From IMG/VR virus record IMGVR_UViG_3300030433_000473, positions 1-26,543 of that record: 26,543 nucleotides of DNA; one strand, 5' to 3'. The notes under the pieces are model-generated. The model saw only the letters and a program-made list of their open reading frames with translations. It was not told where the DNA came from and ran no database searches. This stretch comes from a virus. Its lineage: Duplodnaviria > Caudoviricetes. Below, one piece after another: positions 6,839-14,588 of this stretch (its first letter is position 1; every line of letters begins with the position of its first letter). The translations under genes and the position numbers were made by a program.

Positions 6839-7764
6839 TGCTAAAGTCAGAACTCACACCAGACCCGGTACGCGACGCACCAGACGGTCACGGCGAAAAC
6901 CAAAGCCCCGGCGCATACTCCGCACTTCCGGGCAGAGCCATAGTCGATGAACGCTTCTACCAATACCCCATGACAATGGTCGTACTCGCTCATTGCTGTG
7001 GTCACGTTAACTACCACACAGCCATATTCTGGGTAAACCAAAGCACCCTCGCCCGTCGAATGAACTGTACACAGCAAGCTATCTCTCAGCATATGCGTAA
7101 GCTCGTCCAATGGGGCTACATAGAAAAGATACGCAAGGAGGCTCCTATCAGAGCCTACGGACGTAAAGGAGCCGCTTGGAGAGTTATCTATGACCCAAGG
7201 GTATCACTAGACGAAGCACTCGCCACAATCCCTTCAGACGCAGCTACACCAGAGCAACAAGCAGAGGAGGCTAAGAAAACTATGGAACTCGCTACAACAG
7301 GACCAAAAGGTCAGAAGAAACGGTCAACAAAGCCTGTGGATAAGTCTACAACCCACAAGCCCCAGCTTGTAGATGATGATGACAAGTACAAGCCCCAGCT
7401 TGTGCATAGCCACAAGGTGCAGCTTGTTCATAAAGACTTACATAGAACTATAAATAAAGAGATAAAGGATATTGATTGCAAAAGATTATGTGAGCAATTC
7501 AGCGCGGAAATAATGAAAAGATATGGAAAAGGTTGGGTGTATGACTTGAGGCAGATGGAGTTGGCAAGGCAACTGTACGGACTTGGCTACACTGTCGATA
7601 GCTTTGGCAAGGATGCCGGGTATGTACTCGATTGGTTGGTAAAGAATAACAAGCAACACCCAGTATCGTTGCAGTATTTCATAGCCAGAAAGCAGAACAA
7701 GAAGGTAAACAAGACAGCAGAGGAGCATATAAAACATCTGACAAACAAGATGCGAATAAGGTAA
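6838..7764 (+). CDS. HTH replication initiator (lambda O-like architecture)
   Basis: N-terminal HTH (QSTLARRMNCTQQAISQHMRKLVQWGYI) and a central linker encoding iteron repeats (HKPQLV/YKPQLV/HKVQLV). Start reassigned to ATG 6838. Confidence 0.78.
   Translation: MLKSELTPDPVRDAPDGHGENQSPGAYSALPGRAIVDERFYQYPMTMVVLAHCCGHVNYHTAIFWVNQSTLARRMNCTQQAISQHMRKLVQWGYIEKIRKEAPIRAYGRKGAAWRVIYDPRVSLDEALATIPSDAATPEQQAEEAKKTMELATTGPKGQKKRSTKPVDKSTTHKPQLVDDDDKYKPQLVHSHKVQLVHKDLHRTINKEIKDIDCKRLCEQFSAEIMKRYGKGWVYDLRQMELARQLYGLGYTVDSFGKDAGYVLDWLVKNNKQHPVSLQYFIARKQNKKVNKTAEEHIKHLTNKMRIR
7335..7480. promoter_or_regulatory. Putative replication origin: DnaA box + 3 palindromic iterons + A/T-rich tract
   Basis: TGTGGATAA at 7335-7343, ACAAGCCCCAGCTTGT at 7355 and 7388, ACAAGGTGCAGCTTGT at 7412, followed by an A-rich stretch. 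Confidence 0.8.
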
Positions 7765-7765
7765 T

Positions 7766-7801
7766 TGTACAAATGGTAAAGGTTCGGATACAGTTTGTAC
7801 A
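7766..7801. repeat. Dyad element TGTACAA...TTTGTACA, copy 2
   Basis: Starts 1 nt after the initiator stop codon. 28/36 identical to 5328-5362. Confidence 0.8.
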
Positions 7802-7919
7802 ACCCATAAACAAAGGGGGGGGTATGCGTTGCAAAACAGGCACCTTATGCCCCCCCGCCCCCTGTCGCGTAGTATAGGGGTCACTCAAAAATATTTTGCT
7901 AAAAAACATGGAGAAGTAA

Positions 7920-8192
7920 ATGGTCAAGATAATGGAGATTAAGCAGCCGAGGGCTGGCAAGGAAGGAAAGACGTACTGGCACAAGTTGGGTGTTAAGTTT
8001 CTTTGGGATGATGGGAACGAGAGTATTAAGTTAGATTCATTGCCGTTGCCTAATGAGAAGGGTGAAGTTTGGATGAATGTATTTGAGCAGAAGCCGCGAG
8101 AGGATGCGGGTGCGACGGGTACTTGGGATAAGCCTGAGGATACGGCTAACGATACGGACCCAGAGGATAAGCCTGATGAAATCCCGTTCTAA
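7920..8192 (+). CDS. Small SSB-like protein with acidic tail
   Basis: GGAG RBS, KTYW..LG..F...G..SIKLD.LP core, and a C-terminal DEIPF SSB-type tip. Confidence 0.7.
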   Translation: MVKIMEIKQPRAGKEGKTYWHKLGVKFLWDDGNESIKLDSLPLPNEKGEVWMNVFEQKPREDAGATGTWDKPEDTANDTDPEDKPDEIPF

Positions 8193-8607
8193 CAGTCCGA
8201 AGGTTCCCCGGGTAACGCCGTTTGCTACTCGGGGGATAACGAAGCGGTTACGTGGTTCTAAGATAATTTATGAGCAGCGTGACGAGTTAGCGATGGATTT
8301 GCTGGGTTTGTATTCTGCGAAGGTTACGGATGTTGTGGATATTGTTCATCGTGAGGATGGTTCTACGAGTGTGGATTTGAAGGATGTGGGGGATATTCCT
8401 GAGAATGCTTTGAGGGCGATACGAAAGATTAAGGTGACCCCTACCCGGCATGGTGAGCAAGTTGAGGTTGAGATGATTGACAAGGTTAGGATAGGTCAGA
8501 TGTTGGCGAAGTCTGCGGGGTTACTGGATAACGAGAAGGAGATTGATAAGCCGGGTGTGGTGAGCATTGAGATGGTTATGCCGAAGGAGGACGGTGATGA
8601 GAGTTAG
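8176..8607 (+). CDS. terS: Terminase small subunit (putative)
   Basis: Lies upstream of TerL and has the AI..IKV.....G...EVEM.DK...L.K..G.L pattern. Start reassigned to ATG 8176 (GAGGA RBS). Confidence 0.7.
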   Translation: MKSRSNSPKVPRVTPFATRGITKRLRGSKIIYEQRDELAMDLLGLYSAKVTDVVDIVHREDGSTSVDLKDVGDIPENALRAIRKIKVTPTRHGEQVEVEMIDKVRIGQMLAKSAGLLDNEKEIDKPGVVSIEMVMPKEDGDES

Positions 8608-8878
8608 AGAAAAATATGGTTATACAGTTTTTTTTAGGCATGATTATGACAATCAAAAGCTAAATGATTTGTTGGCAAGTGATGGCGTAAAATTACTGTT
8701 TCAAAACTTTTATGAATTTAATTGTTTAGGGTGCGGTAAAGAATTTTTAGCTCAAAATAAAGGCACTGGCACAAAGTATTGTAGCAGCAGTTGTAGAAAC
8801 AAAGCTTCACGACAACGTTTAGTAGACAGGTTGGTTGAAGAAGAAATTGCAAGAAGAAAAAAAGAGGGGTTGCTATGA
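8597..8878 (+). CDS. Treble-clef/CGNR-like zinc finger protein
   Basis: GGAGG RBS. C..CGK.F........KYCS..CR.KA.R.R motif. Visibly more AT-rich than the flanking genes. Confidence 0.7.
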   Translation: MRVREKYGYTVFFRHDYDNQKLNDLLASDGVKLLFQNFYEFNCLGCGKEFLAQNKGTGTKYCSSSCRNKASRQRLVDRLVEEEIARRKKEGLL

Positions 8879-10401
8879 GTGAGCCTTTGAGCAGCATGAA
8901 GCTGGACTTTTCTTCGTCGCCTACGATAGCCAAGTTTTTCAAGAGCAAGGGTTTTGTCCGGGGGATTATGGGGCCTGTGGGCAGTGGTAAGAGTTACGCT
9001 TGCTGCGCGGAGATATGGCGTAGGGCTATTGAGCAGAAGCCTAGTCCGAGGGATGGGATAAAGTACACGAGGTTTGCGATTGTTCGGAATACCAACCCTA
9101 TGTTGAGAACGACAACGTTAAAGACTTGGTTGGAGTTGATGCCTGAACATGTGTGGGGTCCTGTGAAGTATTCGCCGCCTATCACGCATCATATCAAGTT
9201 ACCGCCTAGAGATGGGGCGGCTGGTATTGATTGTGAGGTTATATTCTTAGCTTTGGATGACCCGAAGGATGTTAGGAAGCTGTTGTCTTTGGAGTTGACG
9301 GGTGCGTGGGTCAATGAGTGCCGTGAGCTTCCCAAGGCTGTAGCGGACGGATTGACGCATAGGGTTGGACGTTTTCCGACGAAAGCTGACGGGGGTCCTT
9401 CCTGGCATGGGGTCATCATGGATACAAACCCTATGGATGATGACCATTGGTATTATCGCATTGCGGAGAAAGAACGGCCTAGAGGCAAGTATGCGTGGGA
9501 TTTTTTTAAGCAGCCCGGCGGTGTGTTGGAAGTAGGCATTGATGAATTGCCTGACGAAATGCCGGAAGCTCAAGGGTTTATTCATCAAGCGGGGAGATGG
9601 TGGCGCACCAACCCCAAGGCTGAGAACATCAAGAACCTACCGACGGGATATTATGAGCAGCTTCTCGGCGGTAAGAACCTAGATTGGATTCAGTGCTATG
9701 CCGAGGGTAAGTATACGTTTGTTCAGGAAGGTAGACCCGTTTGGCCTGAGTACAATGATAGCCTTATGGCGGCTGACCTAGAGCCTGACCCGGAGTTGCC
9801 TGTTCATGTGGGCTTGGACTTTGGTTTGACCCCGGCGGCTATCTTTGCCCAGAAAATGAGAAACGGTAGATGGCATGTGTTGCATGAGCTTGTCACGTTT
9901 GACATGGGGCTAAATCGGTTTGCGGAAATGCTCAAAAGCGAGTTAGAAGCCCGGTTTCCTAGATATGAAACTCTGATATGGGGTGACCCTGCGGGTATGC
10001 AGCGTGACCAAATATTTGAGACTACAGCCTTTGATCATCTTAAAACTCTGGGGCTACTGGCTAGACCTACGGCAACGAACGAGTTTAGAACTCGGCGGGA
10101 AGCTTTGGCAATACCGATGGGTAGGCTCATAGATAGCAAGCCCGGGTTTTTGATTAGTCGAAAGTGCAATCGTTTACGCAAGGCTTTAGCGGGTGGGTAT
10201 CACTTCAAGCGTGTTGCTATTGGAGCCGGACAAGAACGGTTTAGAGATACGCCCAACAAGAACGAACACAGCCACGTAGGCGATGCGGCGGGGTATTGTT
10301 TGTTAGGTTCTGAGCATAGAATTATGACCAAGGCCCCTACCCGTGGTCGAGTTGCGACAACACAAGCTAAAGTTTTAAGTTTTGATGTATTCGCTAACTG
10401 A
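8875..10401 (+). CDS. terL: Terminase large subunit
   Basis: Walker A GPVGSGKS, Walker B GAWVNE, coupling motif DTNP, nuclease motifs GLDFG and SHVGDA. Confidence 0.95.
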   Translation: MSEPLSSMKLDFSSSPTIAKFFKSKGFVRGIMGPVGSGKSYACCAEIWRRAIEQKPSPRDGIKYTRFAIVRNTNPMLRTTTLKTWLELMPEHVWGPVKYSPPITHHIKLPPRDGAAGIDCEVIFLALDDPKDVRKLLSLELTGAWVNECRELPKAVADGLTHRVGRFPTKADGGPSWHGVIMDTNPMDDDHWYYRIAEKERPRGKYAWDFFKQPGGVLEVGIDELPDEMPEAQGFIHQAGRWWRTNPKAENIKNLPTGYYEQLLGGKNLDWIQCYAEGKYTFVQEGRPVWPEYNDSLMAADLEPDPELPVHVGLDFGLTPAAIFAQKMRNGRWHVLHELVTFDMGLNRFAEMLKSELEARFPRYETLIWGDPAGMQRDQIFETTAFDHLKTLGLLARPTATNEFRTRREALAIPMGRLIDSKPGFLISRKCNRLRKALAGGYHFKRVAIGAGQERFRDTPNKNEHSHVGDAAGYCLLGSEHRIMTKAPTRGRVATTQAKVLSFDVFAN

Positions 10402-10876
10402 GCTAAACCAGATGATGCCATTGGACTATCCCAGGCACAAGCTTGTTGATTGGTCACCCGCTCACTACCTCATGTGCGATTTAAACGAGTTTGACGTCAA
10501 CCTTGCCAAGTATCACGATGATTATTTAGCTGTACTAAGTCAGTATGCTCATTCTGGGGTAGCTTATACCGGGATTGGTGAAGGTGTTGTTTATGCAATG
10601 TTCGGGGTTTACGAGTACTGGAAGGGCAGCGCAGAAGCTTGGCTTATTCCTAGCAAACACATAGGCCGCAAAACGATATCTTTTCACCGCACTGCTTTGT
10701 TGTTTTTTGAGCTTGCCGCCAAGCAAATGCAGATAAAACGTCTACAGTTCACCATTCATTCACACAACGTTCAGGCAGTCAAATGGGCTGAAAGATGTTA
10801 CTTTGAATATGAGGGGACCATGCGGTGTTATGGTCCTGATGGCAATGACTATAAAATTTATTCGAGGTTATTCTAA
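10382..10876 (+). CDS. GNAT-fold acetyltransferase-like protein (T7 gp13-like)
   Basis: AMFG....W.G.AEAW, RLQ.TI...N..A..W.....F..EG.M..YG.DG.D motifs. Confidence 0.75.
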   Translation: MMYSLTELNQMMPLDYPRHKLVDWSPAHYLMCDLNEFDVNLAKYHDDYLAVLSQYAHSGVAYTGIGEGVVYAMFGVYEYWKGSAEAWLIPSKHIGRKTISFHRTALLFFELAAKQMQIKRLQFTIHSHNVQAVKWAERCYFEYEGTMRCYGPDGNDYKIYSRLF

Positions 10877-11127
10877 TGGGTGGTTTATTTAAAAAACCTA
10901 AAGCTCCAAAGCCAGACCCAAGGGTTGAGCAAAACTTACGGGAGCAAGAAATTCAAGCGGAACAAGAACGAATTGATAAAGGTAAGCGTATAGCTGCACA
11001 AGCTAAGTCTCGTGTTACTGGTGGAACTCGTCGATTGATGGCAGAGGGCGTAACGGCGGGTACTCAGGGCAGAAATACCACAGACTCATTGCAAACAACA
11101 TTGGGGCGTAACCCAAGGTCAGGCTAA
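10876..11127 (+). CDS. Small virion-associated protein (83 aa)
   Basis: MGGLF..PK.PKP N-terminus typical of pre-portal genes in podoviruses, ending TLGRNPRSG. Confidence 0.75.
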   Translation: MGGLFKKPKAPKPDPRVEQNLREQEIQAEQERIDKGKRIAAQAKSRVTGGTRRLMAEGVTAGTQGRNTTDSLQTTLGRNPRSG

Positions 11128-11255
11128 TGAAAAAATATATTCGCAACCCAAGACATACGGAGGTGCATGATGTACGGGGCAAAAAAAGGCAAGAAGCCAA
11201 TGAGCGGGAAGATGAACAGCAAGATGAACAACCTTCGAAAGAAAATGAAGACTAA
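11127..11255 (+). CDS. 42-aa hypothetical protein (basic N-terminus, acidic C-terminus)
   Basis: Not in the track. TAATG-coupled, MKKYIRNPRH...EDEQQDEQPSKENED*. Overlaps 11167-11286 in another frame. Confidence 0.5.
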   Translation: MKKYIRNPRHTEVHDVRGKKRQEANEREDEQQDEQPSKENED

Positions 11256-11286
11256 GTATGGTAAAAAAGGCTCATCAAAATCCTGA
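11167..11286 (+). CDS. 39-aa Lys/Met-rich basic peptide
   Basis: Not in the track. GGAGGT RBS at 11159-11164, MMYGAKKGKKPMSGKMNSKMNNLRKKMKTKYGKKGSSKS*. Confidence 0.7.
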   Translation: MMYGAKKGKKPMSGKMNSKMNNLRKKMKTKYGKKGSSKS

Positions 11287-11530
11287 AGGTGGTTTGAATG
11301 AAGAAGGTCGTAAGCACTTTAAAAGAACAGAAGGTGCGAACTTAAAACGACCTCTAAGAACAGGCACAAGTCCGAGACGGGTTTCATTTGCGGCAAGGTT
11401 TTCTGGCATGAAAGGGCCAATGAAAGACGAAAAAGGTCGACCCACAAGAAAAGCTTTAGCATTAAAACGTTGGGGTTTTGGCAGTGTAGAAGCTGCTAGA
11501 AATTTTGCGAGAAGGAATAGACAGGCATGA
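11258..11530 (+). CDS. Small basic protein, DUF6321-like (90 aa)
   Basis: NP.GGLN..GR, NLK.P, RR.SF.AR..GMKGPMKD.KG.PTRKALAL..W recalled from conserved marine phage proteins. Confidence 0.8.
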   Translation: MVKKAHQNPEGGLNEEGRKHFKRTEGANLKRPLRTGTSPRRVSFAARFSGMKGPMKDEKGRPTRKALALKRWGFGSVEAARNFARRNRQA

Positions 11531-11679
11531 GTAGCTTGACTGATGGGCAGAAAAAAACGCTCAAAAAACATTCCAAGCATCATAGCGAACGCCATATGCG
11601 AAAGATGCGAAATCTTATGAAGGATGGCAAAACTTTTACTCAAGCTCATAAAGTCGCACAGAAAGAGGTAGGGAAATGA
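11527..11679 (+). CDS. 50-aa His/Lys-rich basic protein
   Basis: Not in the track. ATGA-coupled, MSSLTDGQKKTLKKHSKHHSERHMRKMRNLMKDGKTFTQAHKVAQKEVGK*. Confidence 0.8.
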   Translation: MSSLTDGQKKTLKKHSKHHSERHMRKMRNLMKDGKTFTQAHKVAQKEVGK

Positions 11680-11813
11680 AAAAGCCATTTGATAAAAAGG
11701 CAATGAATAAAATGGTCGGCAAGAAAGCTGATAAAATTATGAAAGAAGGTAAAGCCAAAAATAAAAAACAAGCTTTTGCCATAGCTTACGCAACGCTTGG
11801 AAAAAAATCATAA
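11676..11813 (+). CDS. 45-aa Lys-rich basic protein (KQA.AIA motif)
   Basis: Not in the track. GAGGT RBS, ATGA-coupled, MKKPFDKKAMNKMVGKKADKIMKEGKAKNKKQAFAIAYATLGKKS*. Confidence 0.75.
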   Translation: MKKPFDKKAMNKMVGKKADKIMKEGKAKNKKQAFAIAYATLGKKS

Positions 11814-11814
11814 A

Positions 11815-13365
11815 ATGTTAGACGTAGAACAAATTAAAAAACGCTTTAAAAAAGCGGAAACTCACAAAGACCAATGGCGGTCTATCTATGAGGAAGCCTA
11901 CGAGTATGCGCTTCCTATGCGTAACTTGTACGACGGTTACTATGAGGGCAATGTTCCTGGTCAAAATAAAATGAAACGGGTATTCGACAGCACTGCCATA
12001 CATAGTACGGCCCGGTTTGCTAATCGGATACAATCCTCCCTTTTCCCGCCGCAAAGACCGTGGTGTAGATTAGAGCCGGGCCTTGAAATCCCTGAACAAA
12101 ATAAAATTGAAGCACAGCAAGCGTTAGATTTTTATTCTGAAAAAATGTTTGGGATTATGGCGCAGTCTGGTTTTGACCTAGCTATTGGTGAGTTTTTGCT
12201 TGACCTTGCTGTCGGCACGGCGGTCATGCTGATACAGCCCGGAGATGAAATAACGCCCATACGTTATACGGCTGTACCGTCCTATCATATTTGTTTTGAG
12301 GAAGGGCCAAACGGCACGGTTGATACGGTGTACCGTAAGTTCAAGCGACCGTTTAACGTTATTCAGCGTGAATGGCCTGATGCAAATATTCCTGACCATA
12401 TTATAAAAAAATATGAGGATGATGATACTAAACCTCTAGAAATGATAGAGGCTACCTACACAATAGATAATCAAATATTCTATTGCTTGGTTACAGCAGA
12501 AGAAGACTTCAAACTTGTGCATCGTGACCTCAAGTCTTTTCCTTGGGTTATCTCCCGATACATGAAAGCGAGTAACGAACGGTATGGTCGTGGCCCGGTG
12601 CTATACGCCCTACCTGACATTAAGACATTGAACAAAGTTGTTGAATTAACTCTTAAAAACGCCAGTATAAGTATTGGTGGAGTGTTTACCGCTGTTGATG
12701 ATGGTGTCTTAAATCCCCAGACAATTAGCATCGTTCCCGGAGCGGTAATAGGCGTTAGCTCGAACGGAGGTCCTCGCGGTCCTTCTTTGCAACCTTTGCC
12801 TCGTTCGGGCGACGCCAACCTAACACAAATCGTTAGCAATGACTTGCGTATGAACATCAAGAAAACATTGCTAGACGAAAGCTTGCCGCCCGACAATATG
12901 TCCGCCAGAAGTGCGACTGAGATTGTTGAACGTATGAAAGAGCTATCGCAGAATTTGGGGTCAGCGTTCGGGCGGCTCATCAGCGAGACAATGTTTCCAA
13001 TAGTTCGTCGCACACTAGAGCTTATGGATGAAATGGGTGAAATTGAATTACCGTTAAAAATCAATGGTCTTCAAGTCAAAGTTGTACCAGTGTCACCTTT
13101 GGCTATGGCAAACAATGCGGAAAAAATGAATGAGGTTATGCAGTTTATGCAGATATCTCAGATGATGGGGCCGCAAGGTCAGACGTTACTCAGAATGGAT
13201 GCCGTAGGTGATTACATAGCTGACCAGTTAGGTATCCCGGCAAAGTTAAGAACGACGCCGCAAGAACGTCAGCAGATGCAAGAAGAGATGATGCAGATGG
13301 CACAGATGGTGGCGCAACAACAAGGCGTGTTGCCGCCTGAAGGTGAACAGGAACAAATGCAATGA
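11815..13365 (+). CDS. Portal (head-tail connector), T7 gp8/Bbp21-like
   Basis: FDSTA, LFPP..PW.RL, DL..GTA, E.YGRGP...ALPD.K.LN and SATEI.ER..E motifs. Start at ATG 11815. Confidence 0.95.
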   Translation: MLDVEQIKKRFKKAETHKDQWRSIYEEAYEYALPMRNLYDGYYEGNVPGQNKMKRVFDSTAIHSTARFANRIQSSLFPPQRPWCRLEPGLEIPEQNKIEAQQALDFYSEKMFGIMAQSGFDLAIGEFLLDLAVGTAVMLIQPGDEITPIRYTAVPSYHICFEEGPNGTVDTVYRKFKRPFNVIQREWPDANIPDHIIKKYEDDDTKPLEMIEATYTIDNQIFYCLVTAEEDFKLVHRDLKSFPWVISRYMKASNERYGRGPVLYALPDIKTLNKVVELTLKNASISIGGVFTAVDDGVLNPQTISIVPGAVIGVSSNGGPRGPSLQPLPRSGDANLTQIVSNDLRMNIKKTLLDESLPPDNMSARSATEIVERMKELSQNLGSAFGRLISETMFPIVRRTLELMDEMGEIELPLKINGLQVKVVPVSPLAMANNAEKMNEVMQFMQISQMMGPQGQTLLRMDAVGDYIADQLGIPAKLRTTPQERQQMQEEMMQMAQMVAQQQGVLPPEGEQEQMQ

Positions 13366-13661
13366 GCCAGGCAGAGCGTATTCGCAGCATAAACTCACCG
13401 GGTTGGGATGGTGTAGACTCAAGCGTTACACACTTAGAACTGCCCAACACATCGACACAAAGAGATTTAGATATTCAGTTCAAACGATGTTTTGATACTG
13501 AAGCCGGGCAAAAGGTATTAGAAAACTTACGGGCAATAACTATCGAGCAACCCGCATGGATACCCGGCGCAGACCCTTCTTTTGGATACGCACGGGAAGG
13601 GCAAAATAGTTTAGTGCGTGAAATTGAACAGAGGATAAAACGAGCAAATGAGCGAGAGTGA
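13362..13661 (+). CDS. Bbp19-like post-portal protein
   Basis: F.TEAG.KVL..L......REGQ.SLVR.I motif and position after the portal. Confidence 0.8.
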   Translation: MSQAERIRSINSPGWDGVDSSVTHLELPNTSTQRDLDIQFKRCFDTEAGQKVLENLRAITIEQPAWIPGADPSFGYAREGQNSLVREIEQRIKRANERE

Positions 13662-14460
13662 CAACCAAGAGGTCGAGGGAACAACCGAAGAAGTATCGGC
13701 TCCTGATGGCTTGATGGCCGCTACAGCTTTAGAACAAGAAAAAGCCGTAGAAGAAGGTGATACTATTGAGCATCGTGCAGATGCCGAAGTAGAGGACCAG
13801 CCCACAGAAGAAGAAACGTTTGAGCGTCCTGACTTCATACCTGAAAAATTTTGGGATGAAAAAGAAGGGCCTGACTTAGAAAAGATGATGAAGTCTTATG
13901 ACGAGTTAGAAAAAAAGTTTTCACAAGGTCAGCACAAAGCACCAAAAGAATATAACACAGAAGTGTTGACGGAAGCTGGATATGAAGCTGATGACCCGCT
14001 TGTATCTACCTATTTAGATTGGGCGACTAAGTACGGGGTCAACCAAGCAGCATTTGACGAGCTTGCCTCTAGTATTACTAGTATGGCGGGTGAAGACATG
14101 GCGGCTGTTGAGTTAGACCTACAGCGTGAACGTGAGGCTCTTGGGCCTAATGCTGATGAAATATTAAAATCAAATATAAATTGGGCTGATGGTTTAGAGC
14201 GTAAAGGTATTATCTCTGAAGCAGAAAGGGCTGAGTTAAACATTTGGGGTGGCTCTGCTGTTGGTCAGCGTCTTATGCAAAAGGTACGCTCAATGACGGG
14301 TGATATGTCAAAAATACCAGTGGCAGATGTAGCAGATGCCGGAATGAGTGAAGACGATTTCAAACGCTCAGTGCAAAGCAAAATGAGTGACCCACGCTAC
14401 GGAAATGACCCAGCGTTTACTAGGGCAGTAGAAAAGGAATTTGAGCAAAGATACGGATAA
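13648..14460 (+). CDS. Capsid scaffold/assembly protein
   Basis: Acidic, with RP...PEKFW and KSY.ELEKK motifs and C-terminal M.DPRY..DP.F...VE. Confidence 0.85.
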   Translation: MSESDNQEVEGTTEEVSAPDGLMAATALEQEKAVEEGDTIEHRADAEVEDQPTEEETFERPDFIPEKFWDEKEGPDLEKMMKSYDELEKKFSQGQHKAPKEYNTEVLTEAGYEADDPLVSTYLDWATKYGVNQAAFDELASSITSMAGEDMAAVELDLQREREALGPNADEILKSNINWADGLERKGIISEAERAELNIWGGSAVGQRLMQKVRSMTGDMSKIPVADVADAGMSEDDFKRSVQSKMSDPRYGNDPAFTRAVEKEFEQRYG

Positions 14461-14488
14461 TGCCTGTGGCGTTATACTTCGCCTGACT

Positions 14489-14523
14489 AGCCCTCGCTTC
14501 CTACTCCCAGCGGGGGCTTTTTT
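14489..14523 (+). terminator. Rho-independent terminator after the scaffold gene
   Basis: Stem AGCCCTCGCT / AGCGGGGGCT, 10-nt loop TCCTACTCCC, followed by a T tract. Confidence 0.8.
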
Positions 14524-14553
14524 GTACAAACGCAATATGTGGGGTATAAAGTA

Positions 14554-14582
14554 TTTACAAGCTACAGCTTGTAGTATATCCT
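14554..14582 (+). promoter_or_regulatory. Sigma70-like promoter for the capsid operon, overlapped by an iteron-like palindrome (14557-14572)
   Basis: TTTACA-17 nt-TATCCT. ACAAGCTACAGCTTGT overlaps the -35 element and spacer. Confidence 0.65.
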
Positions 14583-14588
14583 CCTTAT

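Noticed and set aside
7355-7427. CRISPR-like mini-array
   Set aside because: The repeats are 16 bp with 17- and 8-nt gaps inside a coding gene, and there are no cas genes. They fit iterons.
12480-13064. Long antisense ORFs (e.g. 12480-13064, 11275-11703, 21276-21701, 2508-2888, 7486-7884, 25415-25786, 14368-14676)
   Set aside because: They are shadows of well-supported genes or regulatory DNA on the opposite strand, with no RBS or recognisable motifs.
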